64,000 nt of DNA, from positions 928,001-992,000 of the forward strand of contig CAXXVL010000001.1 of NCBI GenBank assembly GCA_963667845.2, in the 5' to 3' direction. Below the pieces are notes generated by a model that searched no databases, was not told the DNA's origin, and saw nothing but the letters and a program-made list of their open reading frames with translations. The translations under genes were made by a program, and so were the position numbers. This stretch comes from Smithellaceae bacterium. Lineage in GTDB: Bacteria > Desulfobacterota > Syntrophia > Syntrophales > Smithellaceae. Position 1 is the stretch's first letter, and every line of letters starts with the position of its first letter. This document shows, in pieces, positions 1 to 9,361 of the stretch.

Positions 1-46
1 TACGCACTACATATAAGAAAAGGAATGCACAAGAGGAGAAAATGTC

Positions 47-1861
47 ATGAAAGACAACAGCTGCCGGTTAGGTTTGTTGCTCATCCTGGTGTTATCGTTG
101 AGCGTCTTTGTTGCGTTTGCCGAGGCGCCCCAAAGCCGCTTTGATATAAGACCAACCGATAGCGATGTCCCGCCGAAGAAAGCAGTGAAGGCAAAAAAAG
201 AGTCAGTATCAGCTACGCCGAAAAAAGTAGCGCCCGTGAGGAAAACGGAGACACCGCCGTCTGAAGCACCTGCTGCCCCCTCGGCCCATGCTAAATCAGA
301 CCCTTCGACATTTAGAAGTCCCACACTTAACGCAAAATTTGTTCTGATACCGGCGGGGACGTTTATGATGGGATCGCCGTCGGGTGAACCTGGGCGAGAC
401 AATGACGAAACACAGCATCAGGTGACCATCAGCAAATCGTTTTACATGCAGACGACGGAGGTGACGCAGGGGCAATGGAAGACTGTCATAGGGTGGAACC
501 CGTCAGATTTCAAGAAATGCGGCAAAGACTGTCCCGTGGAGAGTGTTTCCTGGAATGATGCTCAGGAATTCATCAGGAAACTCAACCAGAAGGAAGGGAC
601 GGACAAGTATCGTCTTCCCACGGAAGCGGAATGGGAATATGCAGCAAGAGCTGGGACAATAGATGCGAGATCCGGGGCGCTGGATGAGATTGCCTGGTAT
701 GATAAAAACTCTGATGGTAAAACACATCCGGTAGGTCAAAAGAGACCCAATGCCTGGGGTTTAAATGATATGTACGGTAATGTCTGGGAATGGGTTCATG
801 ATTGGTATGGCGAATATCCGACCGGACCTGTTACGGACCCGATTGGGCCAGAATCGCGCACCCGCCGCGTGTTCCGCGGCGCTTCTTGCTATGATGACAC
901 TAGGTATTGCCGCTCTGCGCGTCGCAAACACCTCGGACCGATCTATCGACTTACGGGTGTTGGTTTTCGCCTCGTTAGAACACAGGAGACAGCCGCTGAC
1001 AAAGTGACAGAGAAGAGTACAGAAAAGAAACCGATTTCCCAGGAAGACGCTTCCCGGGTTGTAGCGCCTGCTTCCCCCGCGGCAAGTTATACCAGCCCAA
1101 TGTTGAACGCGAAGTTTGTTTTGATTCCACCGGGGACATTTATGATGGGCTCGCCGCCGAATGAGCCGGGGCGGCATGACGACGAAACGCAGCATCAGGT
1201 GACCATTTCGAAACCATATTACATGCAGACCACGGAAGTGACGCAGGGGCAGTGGAAGGCTGTGATGGAGAATAATCCATCATATTTCAAAAAATGCGGA
1301 GATGGTTGTCCCGTGGAGTGTGTGTCTTGGAATAATGTTCAGGAATTCATCAATAAGTTAAACAAAGTGGAAGGGACGGACAAGTATCGTTTGCCGACGG
1401 AAGCTGAGTGGGAATACGCGGCGCGGGCGGGAACGATGACGGCTTTGTATAACGGACCATTGCGAATATTGGACCAGATGAATGGTCCCGCGTTGGATTC
1501 CATTTCCTGGTATGGTGGGAATAGTGGCGTGAGTTATGCTGATGGATTTGCTTGTTCCCATTGGTCGGGAAAGCAATATAGATCTTCGCGTTGCGGACCG
1601 CATTTGGCAGGTCTCAAGTCGCCAAATGCGTGGGGCTTGTATGACATGCTGGGGAATGTCGATGAGTGGGTTCAGGACCGGACCGGAGATTATCAAACTG
1701 GCCCTGTTACGGATCCAACCGGGCAAGTGGGCTGTAGCCGGGTACTTCGAGGCTGCGGCTGGTCAGGTTTCGCCAGTGATTGCCGCGCAGCGCGCCGTTT
1801 TGGAGACGAACCGAGCTTGCGCTTTTTTGATCGGGGCTTTCGCCTCGCCAGAACACTTTAG
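47..1861 (+). CDS. Secreted protein with two tandem FGE-sulfatase (SUMF1/CLec-fold) domains
   Basis: Hydrophobic N-terminus ending AFA (signal peptide) and a Pro/Ala/Lys linker. Two domains each carry F(M)MGS..E..H.V, RLPTEAEWEYAARAG, N.WGL.DM.GNV.EW and RG..W/Y..GFRL motifs. Confidence 0.9.
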   Translation: MKDNSCRLGLLLILVLSLSVFVAFAEAPQSRFDIRPTDSDVPPKKAVKAKKESVSATPKKVAPVRKTETPPSEAPAAPSAHAKSDPSTFRSPTLNAKFVLIPAGTFMMGSPSGEPGRDNDETQHQVTISKSFYMQTTEVTQGQWKTVIGWNPSDFKKCGKDCPVESVSWNDAQEFIRKLNQKEGTDKYRLPTEAEWEYAARAGTIDARSGALDEIAWYDKNSDGKTHPVGQKRPNAWGLNDMYGNVWEWVHDWYGEYPTGPVTDPIGPESRTRRVFRGASCYDDTRYCRSARRKHLGPIYRLTGVGFRLVRTQETAADKVTEKSTEKKPISQEDASRVVAPASPAASYTSPMLNAKFVLIPPGTFMMGSPPNEPGRHDDETQHQVTISKPYYMQTTEVTQGQWKAVMENNPSYFKKCGDGCPVECVSWNNVQEFINKLNKVEGTDKYRLPTEAEWEYAARAGTMTALYNGPLRILDQMNGPALDSISWYGGNSGVSYADGFACSHWSGKQYRSSRCGPHLAGLKSPNAWGLYDMLGNVDEWVQDRTGDYQTGPVTDPTGQVGCSRVLRGCGWSGFASDCRAARRFGDEPSLRFFDRGFRLARTL

Positions 1862-2011
1862 GTTTTGGTATTTTGACATTTGAAGGGTGAGTTGGAATAA
1901 GTCTGTGCTGGAATTACCATGCTGATGGCTCCGAAATGTTACGGTCCAATCGAAGAGCGCTTGAACCAGCGAAAGGTACTATTTAGAGGATCAACTATTA
2001 AGGACAGGCAA

Positions 2012-3265
2012 ATGGACAGAGAAAACAAAACAAACCTCTTGAAAAAAGATTCCACAAGGACACGGCTTGTGCATGACGGTCCGGGTGACACGGTAAATAA
2101 TATCAACAACCCGCCTGGCATAAAAACAACCGTACCGTTAATAAAAACAGATCTGGACGCAATTCTGGAGATTATCCGCGCCAGCGCCGACGCCCAAACC
2201 AGGCTTGACGCCGCCACCAGCCTTTTTCAGTATATGGATGACATCGAGCCATTACATCCTAGTAAGCTTCAGGAATTGTATGAGGCGGAAAAGGACATGC
2301 GTGTTGCCGCGGAAATAAAAAGACTGATCAACAAGGTTCAGATTCGTCGCATCATGGAGAACGATCCGACGGAACCATACGACCGCCACCTCACATCGGA
2401 AGAGGAAGAAAACATTGCTGCGGAAATTAAAAAAATCAGAAGCCTGTATGACCGCACCAAACAACAAGACGGTGCTTTTGAAAGCACCTACAAAATAATC
2501 GGCCTTCTGGGCAAGGGCGGGATGGCATCCATCTTTAAAGCCGTAAGGCTGGCGGACGGAAAGCCCGTCATTATCAAAATGCTGACTCGGGAAAGGCTGG
2601 CCGGTGGGCATGATGCTGAAATGATGATAGCCCGTTTTCAGCGGGAATCCGATCTGCTGGTCAAACGCCTGAAGCATCCCCATGTGATCGAGGCGTACGA
2701 TCAGGGAAACAGCAAAGAAGAATATTATATCATTTTGGAATACGTAGAAGGCGGCGATCTTTCCGACATGCTGAAGCTCAGGCCGCTGTCATTTCCGGAG
2801 TTCAGGGTTGCGATGCGGCAGTTGTGCGATGCCGTCGAATACATTCATTCCATGGATGTGATTCATCGCGACATCAACCCCAACAACATCATGATGTTTA
2901 AAAGTGATGGATCTATCGGTATAAAACTTGCCGATTTTGGTCTGGCCATGGATAAACGCGATACCCGAAAGCTCACACAGATCAATGTTGGCATGGGCAC
3001 GGACGGCTTTATCTCGCCTCAGCAATACAAGGAAGCCTCCCTGTCGGATGAAAGAGACGATATTTATTCTCTAGGCAAAACCTTTTATCAGATGCTGGCT
3101 GGCCATGAACAAAAGGACAATGCAGATTATCAGCCGCTGACGCTGGATGACGTTTCCGTGTCCCAAACAATAAACGATGTGATCTTGAAGTGTATCCGTC
3201 CTGAAAAAAAGGACAGGTGGCAGAATATTGGAGAATTGAGGAGGGCTCTGGAAAATGTTTTGTAA
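2012..3265 (+). CDS. Ser/Thr protein kinase (Hanks type) with N-terminal helical/HEAT-like region
   Basis: GKGGMA, VIIK, HRDINPNN, LADFG, GTDGFISP and DIYSLG motifs. Start moved from 1919 to ATG 2012 because 1904-1970 is a repeated non-coding element. Confidence 0.85.
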   Translation: MDRENKTNLLKKDSTRTRLVHDGPGDTVNNINNPPGIKTTVPLIKTDLDAILEIIRASADAQTRLDAATSLFQYMDDIEPLHPSKLQELYEAEKDMRVAAEIKRLINKVQIRRIMENDPTEPYDRHLTSEEEENIAAEIKKIRSLYDRTKQQDGAFESTYKIIGLLGKGGMASIFKAVRLADGKPVIIKMLTRERLAGGHDAEMMIARFQRESDLLVKRLKHPHVIEAYDQGNSKEEYYIILEYVEGGDLSDMLKLRPLSFPEFRVAMRQLCDAVEYIHSMDVIHRDINPNNIMMFKSDGSIGIKLADFGLAMDKRDTRKLTQINVGMGTDGFISPQQYKEASLSDERDDIYSLGKTFYQMLAGHEQKDNADYQPLTLDDVSVSQTINDVILKCIRPEKKDRWQNIGELRRALENVL

Positions 3266-4565
3266 AAACTGCAATCAAACGGTCAGTATCTTAGAGGATG
3301 TGTGTCCACACTGCAACCATGACCTGAGGAAGGTGGATGTTTCCAGAACATATGTCGGTCGTACATCATCTCAAGGCTCTTCATCGGCCGCGCCGGATGC
3401 CTCGGCCATCAGTGTGTCCCGTGACGGGAAACCATTTGGACAGGCAGATCAGGAAGGCCATTGGCCGGGAATTGCTGTTTTTCAAGATGTATCGATGGCG
3501 GATGTCAAGGTCGAGGTGTTTCACTGGAAGAAACTCAACTGGTCACTCATCAACTGTCAGGTGCCTTTTATTCAGAAGTTGAAAATCACCAATAACTCCA
3601 AAGCCAATATTACGGATCTGATTGTCAGAATCAAAATAGCTCCTGATTACGGAGATTCCTGGGAGCAGACCGTAAAATCCATTCCGCCGAAGCAACCGCA
3701 TGTGGTGGAGGGTATTAATCTGCCTTTGTCCAGAGAAAGGCTTCTTGCCGTCAAGGAAGCAGAACAGGCTTTTCTGAAAACGCAAGTCAATGCACAAGGC
3801 AGAGATATTGATTTAAAAACGGAACCCATAGAAGTTTTGGCCTACAATGAGTGGTATTTTAATCCATTCATTTCCGAATCGCTGGCGGGGTTCATCCTGC
3901 CTAATAGCAACGCGGTCAATGAAGTAATTATGCATGCTGCGGAAGCCCTCGCTGAACTGGGCTTGGGAACGGCTTTTGACGGTTATCAATCAAATGACGC
4001 GGGGAAAATTATCGGAATGGCCAACGCGTTGTACCTGGTGCTGCAAAACGAACTGGGGATTAAATATATCAATCCGCCGACGAGTTTCGAGGCGACCGGA
4101 CAAAAAATATTGAAGCATGACGACATTCTGAAAATTGGCCATGGGACATGCCTTGACCTGGCTTTGTTTTATGCCGCCTGCCTGGAAAGAGTCGGCCTAC
4201 ATCCCCTGATTTTCATTGTCTCGGGTCATGCCTTCCTGGGGATATGGCTTAATGACGAAGCATTTTGTGCGTTTCAGGAACGGGAACAGAAATATTATGA
4301 TAAAGTCAGAAAAAAGATGGCTAAAAGCGAATTTTCTGCGCAGGAAAAGTACAAAGAATACATTCTGGAAAAGCTGGAGCGTTACGCCCGCGTCATCGCG
4401 CAAGGAGAATTTATTCTGCCGCTTAATTCCACAACTTTTACCACGGATGGTGATTTTGATATCTGCGGGAAAGAAGCAATGATTATCTTTGCCAAGCACG
4501 ATCTGATGGCGGTTGTTGATATATCAGCCGTCAGAGACCGCGTCAGGCCCCTGCCGTTACAGTGA
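3255..4565 (+). CDS. Zinc-ribbon plus transglutaminase-like (Cys-His) domain protein resembling the N-terminal region of DUF4011/DUF3320 helicases
   Basis: N-terminal CxxC..CxxC. YINPPTSFEATGQKI..GTCLDLALFYAACLE..GLHPLIFIVSGHAFLGIWL matches the remembered DUF4011-helicase N-terminal pattern. Confidence 0.6.
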   Translation: MFCKNCNQTVSILEDVCPHCNHDLRKVDVSRTYVGRTSSQGSSSAAPDASAISVSRDGKPFGQADQEGHWPGIAVFQDVSMADVKVEVFHWKKLNWSLINCQVPFIQKLKITNNSKANITDLIVRIKIAPDYGDSWEQTVKSIPPKQPHVVEGINLPLSRERLLAVKEAEQAFLKTQVNAQGRDIDLKTEPIEVLAYNEWYFNPFISESLAGFILPNSNAVNEVIMHAAEALAELGLGTAFDGYQSNDAGKIIGMANALYLVLQNELGIKYINPPTSFEATGQKILKHDDILKIGHGTCLDLALFYAACLERVGLHPLIFIVSGHAFLGIWLNDEAFCAFQEREQKYYDKVRKKMAKSEFSAQEKYKEYILEKLERYARVIAQGEFILPLNSTTFTTDGDFDICGKEAMIIFAKHDLMAVVDISAVRDRVRPLPLQ

Positions 4566-4584
4566 GTTGTTGATAAGAGAAAAT

Positions 4585-5379
4585 ATGATGAGCGCCGAAC
4601 GGAAAACAAAAATATACAAAAAAGTAGCTTCCATCATCAGGACGAAAAACAAATCTTCTTATATCGGGGAAGATGATGTGGTCTTCCTGGAAAAAAACGG
4701 CATCCGTATCAGTTTTCATTTGAAAAATAACGGACTGGATCTCGTTAATATTTTCCGCACGGTCAAAAGAGCGCAAAAACTCATCAAGGACAAATTTGAC
4801 TGTGATATCGAACAAATGAATATCAATATTTATGATTCCAGTGAGGATTTGCGGCGGAACGTTTATTCGCCAAGCCGCTGCGGGTCGTGGATCGCAGGCA
4901 TTTTTGACGGGGAAATACGAATCATTTCGGAGCGGAATGGTGAAGATCCGGAGGCACTGTACATCCTCATCACCCATGAAATCATTCACCTGGCGATACG
5001 GCAGATCGGCAGAGGAAATTGTTCTTACTGGCTGGATGAAGGCCTGGCCGTTTATCTTTCTCAGGAACTGCCTGAATATTATCAGCGCATCTTTTTAGCT
5101 GCGGCAAGAAATGAGAGCTTGCTGCCCCTGGAGGCCCTGGAAAAACCGCTTAGCGCAAATATTGATGACGATGCGCGTATTCTGGCGTATGCCGAAAGCA
5201 CCTTCATGGTGAATTATCTCTGTGAAAACTATGACTGGGAAAAAATTAAAACAGCAGTCAGGAAATCGCGCATTAAAGATATGAAAGATATTCTCGATGA
5301 GTTGGGTCTTAATTACTATTTGCTCGAACTGTCTTGTAAACGCTGGGTATTAATGAACGTGCATAAAGAATTATTGTAA
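4585..5379 (+). CDS. Peptidase MA-like (gluzincin) metallopeptidase
   Basis: THEIIH (HExxH) followed by WLDEGLA and AY.ES..MV.YL. Confidence 0.8.
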   Translation: MMSAERKTKIYKKVASIIRTKNKSSYIGEDDVVFLEKNGIRISFHLKNNGLDLVNIFRTVKRAQKLIKDKFDCDIEQMNINIYDSSEDLRRNVYSPSRCGSWIAGIFDGEIRIISERNGEDPEALYILITHEIIHLAIRQIGRGNCSYWLDEGLAVYLSQELPEYYQRIFLAAARNESLLPLEALEKPLSANIDDDARILAYAESTFMVNYLCENYDWEKIKTAVRKSRIKDMKDILDELGLNYYLLELSCKRWVLMNVHKELL

Positions 5380-5387
5380 ATCGTCTA
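5360..5387 (+). promoter_or_regulatory. Putative ECF promoter (TGCATAAA-N14-CGTCTA) upstream of the ECF sigma gene
   Basis: The same bipartite motif with the same 14-nt spacer occurs at 9310, 19386 and 26819. A CGTC -10 element is typical of ECF promoters. Confidence 0.75.
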
Positions 5388-5409
5388 ATACAGAAGAGGA
5401 TCCTGAGAC

Positions 5410-6003
5410 ATGATTAATTATAACAAAGTATCTGATGAAGTTTTATATGGCATGTGTATGGCCGGCGACGGGGGCGCGTGGACTTATGTCTTCAACTATT
5501 CTTTGAAGATATGTAAATCCAAAAAATGGCACATGGGTGATGAATCTGAAGATATAGCCAGTGAAGTGACAAAAAATCTCATGAAAACCATTTGGACGAA
5601 AGACAATATGAGAGAACAAAATAAATTTCGGAATCTTATCGCCGTTGCCGCTGTAAACAAAATTAAAGATTTACTGAAATCATCGCGCAGGAATAACATC
5701 CCGATTGATGACGACATCGACTTGAAGGTGATGGGCCGTACCGGTAACAATGTTAACCAGATAGAAAATATTGAACGATTCGAGATAGTGTTACTAATTG
5801 ATCAGGCGCTGGAGAAACTATCTCAGGGATGTCAGAATGTGTTGCGGGAATATTTTAAATACAAAGTGGGGCTTTATGATGATTTAGCGGAAACAAGTAA
5901 AGTGTTAAATATGAGCATTTCTCGCTTTTCAACAAATGTCCATCGTTGTTTAAAAAAAATGATTGAATTCCCCGAAATGAAGGAATTGAGGCAATATATT
6001 TAG
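5410..6003 (+). CDS. ECF-type RNA polymerase sigma factor
   Basis: 197 aa. SDE.LY..C.AGD.GAW, SEDIASEV region 2, NKIKDLLK, and ALEKLSQGCQNVL..HTH..VHRCLKK region 4. Confidence 0.8.
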   Translation: MINYNKVSDEVLYGMCMAGDGGAWTYVFNYSLKICKSKKWHMGDESEDIASEVTKNLMKTIWTKDNMREQNKFRNLIAVAAVNKIKDLLKSSRRNNIPIDDDIDLKVMGRTGNNVNQIENIERFEIVLLIDQALEKLSQGCQNVLREYFKYKVGLYDDLAETSKVLNMSISRFSTNVHRCLKKMIEFPEMKELRQYI

Positions 6004-6013
6004 GGAGGTTATT

Positions 6014-6466
6014 ATGAAATGCGATGATATCAATATTATCAGCCATATTGAAGGCAATGCTGATGATGAGACAGCCGCTCACATCAAAGCCTGTCCTCAC
6101 TGCAGAAGACTAGAGGTCGATATTAAAAAACTGTTTAATGAAATAATCCCAAAGTATGCCACGGGGAAGCAAATTCAACTGGAACTGGAAAAAGAATTAG
6201 CGACCATAAATACAAAGACAATGAAGCCCTTGCCGGAAGACATCGCCATTATGGTCAAAGAAATGCACAAACAGCGTCTGGTATCATGTGTACAAAAAGC
6301 AATCGGTAATGCCAAGAAAGATGCTGAAGAGCTTATCGAAAATATTCTGTGTCCGCAATACCAGCCTTTGCCGGCAAGTCCTAAAGACATTTTCCGGGAA
6401 GAAAAAAGCAAAAAGGGGAAAAAAGCGGCCACTTCAAAGACAGTTAAGAAATCAAGGCGTAAATGA
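6014..6466 (+). CDS. Zinc-binding (ZAS) anti-sigma factor, soluble
   Basis: HIKACPHC (HxxxCxxC) motif; lies directly downstream of the ECF sigma; no transmembrane segment seen. Confidence 0.7.
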   Translation: MKCDDINIISHIEGNADDETAAHIKACPHCRRLEVDIKKLFNEIIPKYATGKQIQLELEKELATINTKTMKPLPEDIAIMVKEMHKQRLVSCVQKAIGNAKKDAEELIENILCPQYQPLPASPKDIFREEKSKKGKKAATSKTVKKSRRK

Positions 6467-6491
6467 ATAAACCAAACGGGAGCCGCAAAGC

Positions 6492-9059
6492 ATGAAGAAT
6501 TGCCCTTTCTGTGATGAAGAGATCAAGGATAATGCCGTCAAGTGCAAGCACTGCGGATCGATGCTGAACGCGCCGATGGTGGAAGCCCAATCTGCGAATG
6601 CTGATCATAAGGGTTCAATTTCATCATCCGTCCCGGACCCTTTTGACGATGGGGCACGCGGAACCACCACCTTTATTGGTCCCGGCTATAAGATAGAAGA
6701 CCGCTACGAGATCCTGTTCAAACTGGGAGAAGGGGGCATGGGGCAAGTGTTCCTGACGCAGGATACCCAGTTGGATAATGAACCCAGAGCCATTAAGATA
6801 TTACCGGACCAGGTGCGCAATGATTTCAAGGCAGTGAACCGATTGAAGGATGAAGCCAAGATTACCATGTCGCTTTCCCACCCGAATATCGTGAAGCTGT
6901 ATAACTATGGCAATGACGGGAAAGTACACTACCTGATCATGGAATATGTGAACGGGATCGACTTACTTACTTATACGGCCTTAAAAGGGAAGATAGCAGA
7001 GAAAGAAGTAAGAAGGATCGGGATAGAAGTAGCCAAAGCATTACAGATAGCCCATGAATACAGACACCATAATAATGATAAAGGCATCATCCACCGGGAC
7101 ATCAAGCCGGCCAATATCCTGCTGGAGTCCAGAGACTTGGACATCAAAGCCATCAAAAGCAAGGGAACAAACCTGCAACAAAAAGATATACAAGATTTAA
7201 CAGGCGCCACGGTAAAGCTGACCGACTTCGGGATAGCTCGTCAGGTAAGAGAGAGCATGAGCCGTTACAGCCGGGGAGACACATCAGGCACCCTTTTGTA
7301 CATGTCACCGGAGCAGTATGAAAACAGAGGCGTGGACCATCGAAGTGATTTGTACTCATTGGGAGTGACCCTTTATGAATTACTCTCCGGAGATCCTCCT
7401 TTTACCGGAGAGAGTATTTCCTACCAGATCATGAGCAGGAAACCCGATCCGATCGAAGGGATCAGCGACGAATTCAACACGATCATCCTGAAACTGTTGG
7501 AGAAGGACAAGGAGAAACGCTACCGCGTCGCGGGAGAGCTGATCTCTCGTCTTTCTGGTAAAGCCGATAAGGCAATGGGGACAATAGAAACAGAGGAAAG
7601 AAAGAAGAAGCCGGAAGAAGAATACAAGAGAAATGTTCAGAGTAAAACACCTTTAGCGGATGAAGAAAAGGAATTGATCACATGTGTTATTTGTAAAGGG
7701 ACATCAAAAGCAGAGTGTCTTTCATGTGAAAACGGTGAATGTTCCCGGTGCGAAGGAAGCGGGAAATGTTGGTGGTGTAATGATGGTGAACGAGAGGACT
7801 GCGACGAATGCAATAACACCGGAAAATGTGAAGAATGTGGCGGGACGGGTAAATGTAATATTTGTAAAGGCACAATGCTGGCGGAATGTCCGGGTTGTGG
7901 TGGCACGAAATTAGTTAATAGGGATAAGTTATGGAGGGTTCTTTTTGATAAATATGCCAATGAGGGAATCGTTAAAGGTATTATCAGATTCGTTCCCCTT
8001 GCGTATAACATATTACATGAGAAGGACAAGTTAGATGCCGGCAACTATATTTTTGAAAAATTATTATACTTTAAATTTCCAAAGAATGAACTTGAAAAAC
8101 TTGCCCGCATTATAAAAACTGACATCAGCATGAAGCGCGGGAAATGCAGATTGTGTAATAAAGATGGCGGATTAATGAGCGAAGAGGAAGCCGGTGACTA
8201 CGTCTGTTATGATTGCAGTCATCCGGAGACGAACTTCTCCAAGGATGATCCTTTCGGAAGCCTGCCAGATTTACCGGATCTGCCGTACATTAATAATATA
8301 AAAATAGAACGGTTGACTGACGATAATAAGAAAAAGCAATTCGAGGTTAAAAGATTAATTAATGTTGTAAATAATGTAATTTGCTTAAAAAAGAAATATT
8401 CTCTTGTGGTAATTAACATTCCGAAAAAAAATAATTACGCGCTGGTGAAAGTATTTAAAACTACAACAAATGCTCAATGGTCAAGTTCCCTTGAGGAGGA
8501 TATCCTTTGGGGTGGTTCATCCATATTCATACCATTGGTGTATGATGTATCCTGGAAAGAAATGTGTGACGTTAAAAAGGATATTGAAGCTGTTGGCGGT
8601 ATTACCAAAGTATTGTCCGATAAGAAATATTATCAGTTTATTCCACCAAATCCACATTCCAATAAAATATTCCTGAAAGAAATTGGCAATAACAAAATGG
8701 CCCTGATAAAACTTATAAAGAAAGTAACCGGATTGGATCTACGGAAAATTCATGAGGAGATAAGAAAATTACCATGGGCTTTACCTGATAATATTGTTTA
8801 CGATAAAGATCTTGCAAAAAGATTTAAAGACTTAGGCGCAATAATTGAATCCAAAGAAGTATCTTGTATATGCTTTGCATTGCACCCAGGAAAAGCAAAT
8901 CCATCTCCGCCGGTTGGGTGGCTGAGTTCTCTTGGAATCGATGTGATGAAATTTTGTTTAAAATTCAACGAGGTCACAAAAGAGATGTCTTGTAAATGGG
9001 TGATTGTTAAAGTTGAAAAGAAAATCAATGGTTCAAGTGGATTGACAATATTTACATAA
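6492..9059 (+). CDS. Zn-ribbon/Ser-Thr kinase (cassette 1) fused to DnaJ-like CxxCxGxG repeats, two L7/L12-CTD-like domains and an L11-NTD-like domain
   Basis: MKNCPFC..KCKHCG, GEGGMG, HRDIKPAN, DFG; CxxCxGxG repeats at ~7683-7907; IGNNKMALIKLIKKVTGLDL and PGKANPSPPVG motifs. Confidence 0.85.
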   Translation: MKNCPFCDEEIKDNAVKCKHCGSMLNAPMVEAQSANADHKGSISSSVPDPFDDGARGTTTFIGPGYKIEDRYEILFKLGEGGMGQVFLTQDTQLDNEPRAIKILPDQVRNDFKAVNRLKDEAKITMSLSHPNIVKLYNYGNDGKVHYLIMEYVNGIDLLTYTALKGKIAEKEVRRIGIEVAKALQIAHEYRHHNNDKGIIHRDIKPANILLESRDLDIKAIKSKGTNLQQKDIQDLTGATVKLTDFGIARQVRESMSRYSRGDTSGTLLYMSPEQYENRGVDHRSDLYSLGVTLYELLSGDPPFTGESISYQIMSRKPDPIEGISDEFNTIILKLLEKDKEKRYRVAGELISRLSGKADKAMGTIETEERKKKPEEEYKRNVQSKTPLADEEKELITCVICKGTSKAECLSCENGECSRCEGSGKCWWCNDGEREDCDECNNTGKCEECGGTGKCNICKGTMLAECPGCGGTKLVNRDKLWRVLFDKYANEGIVKGIIRFVPLAYNILHEKDKLDAGNYIFEKLLYFKFPKNELEKLARIIKTDISMKRGKCRLCNKDGGLMSEEEAGDYVCYDCSHPETNFSKDDPFGSLPDLPDLPYINNIKIERLTDDNKKKQFEVKRLINVVNNVICLKKKYSLVVINIPKKNNYALVKVFKTTTNAQWSSSLEEDILWGGSSIFIPLVYDVSWKEMCDVKKDIEAVGGITKVLSDKKYYQFIPPNPHSNKIFLKEIGNNKMALIKLIKKVTGLDLRKIHEEIRKLPWALPDNIVYDKDLAKRFKDLGAIIESKEVSCICFALHPGKANPSPPVGWLSSLGIDVMKFCLKFNEVTKEMSCKWVIVKVEKKINGSSGLTIFT
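6684..7516 (+). repeat. Kinase cassette 1, near-identical in three genes (copies 6684-7516, 10485-11248, 12901-13733)
   Basis: Direct comparison by eye. Copies 1 and 3 appear identical over ~833 bp; copy 2 has a few synonymous differences. Confidence 0.9.
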
Positions 9060-9099
9060 ATTGATTGTGGGCTGCTCAATAGAAATCAATTTATATTCT

Positions 9100-9295
9100 A
9101 TGGCGGTGGATGTAACAGCGATGAGTGGCAGGGACCGGAGGCCAACGCCAAAGAGCTTGAGGGTCTGAGGAAGTTGGAACGCTGCGGATGGCCATTTTCC
9201 GTCTCAGGGAAAGCGCCTACTACGGCATCCCGGAAAACACGCTTGCACTGATCTGGACCGAATTGAAACGGATGGGCATTGAACCGCTGCATGAC
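9100..9295 (+). pseudogene. Frameshifted remnant of a Vsr-like/REase_MTES_1575-type nuclease C-terminus
   Basis: Reading across two frameshifts gives MAV(E)CNSDEWQG..RKLERCGW.F / FRLRESAYY..LIWTELKRMGIEP, the usual tail of SF1 helicase-nuclease fusions. Confidence 0.55.
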
Positions 9296-9309
9296 GGACG
9301 GTCATGATC

Positions 9310-9337
9310 TGTATAAAAATGGATTGTGCGTCGTCAA
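9310..9337 (+). promoter_or_regulatory. Putative ECF promoter (TGTATAAA-N14-CGTCAA)
   Basis: Copy of the motif 25 nt upstream of ORF 9362. Confidence 0.7.
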
Positions 9338-9361
9338 ATATAAAGATACTTTGCCGGGGGT

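Noticed and set aside
1919..2011. Extended kinase N-terminus from ATG 1919
   Set aside because: It overlaps the conserved non-coding element; ATG 2012 with an upstream AAGGA is more plausible.
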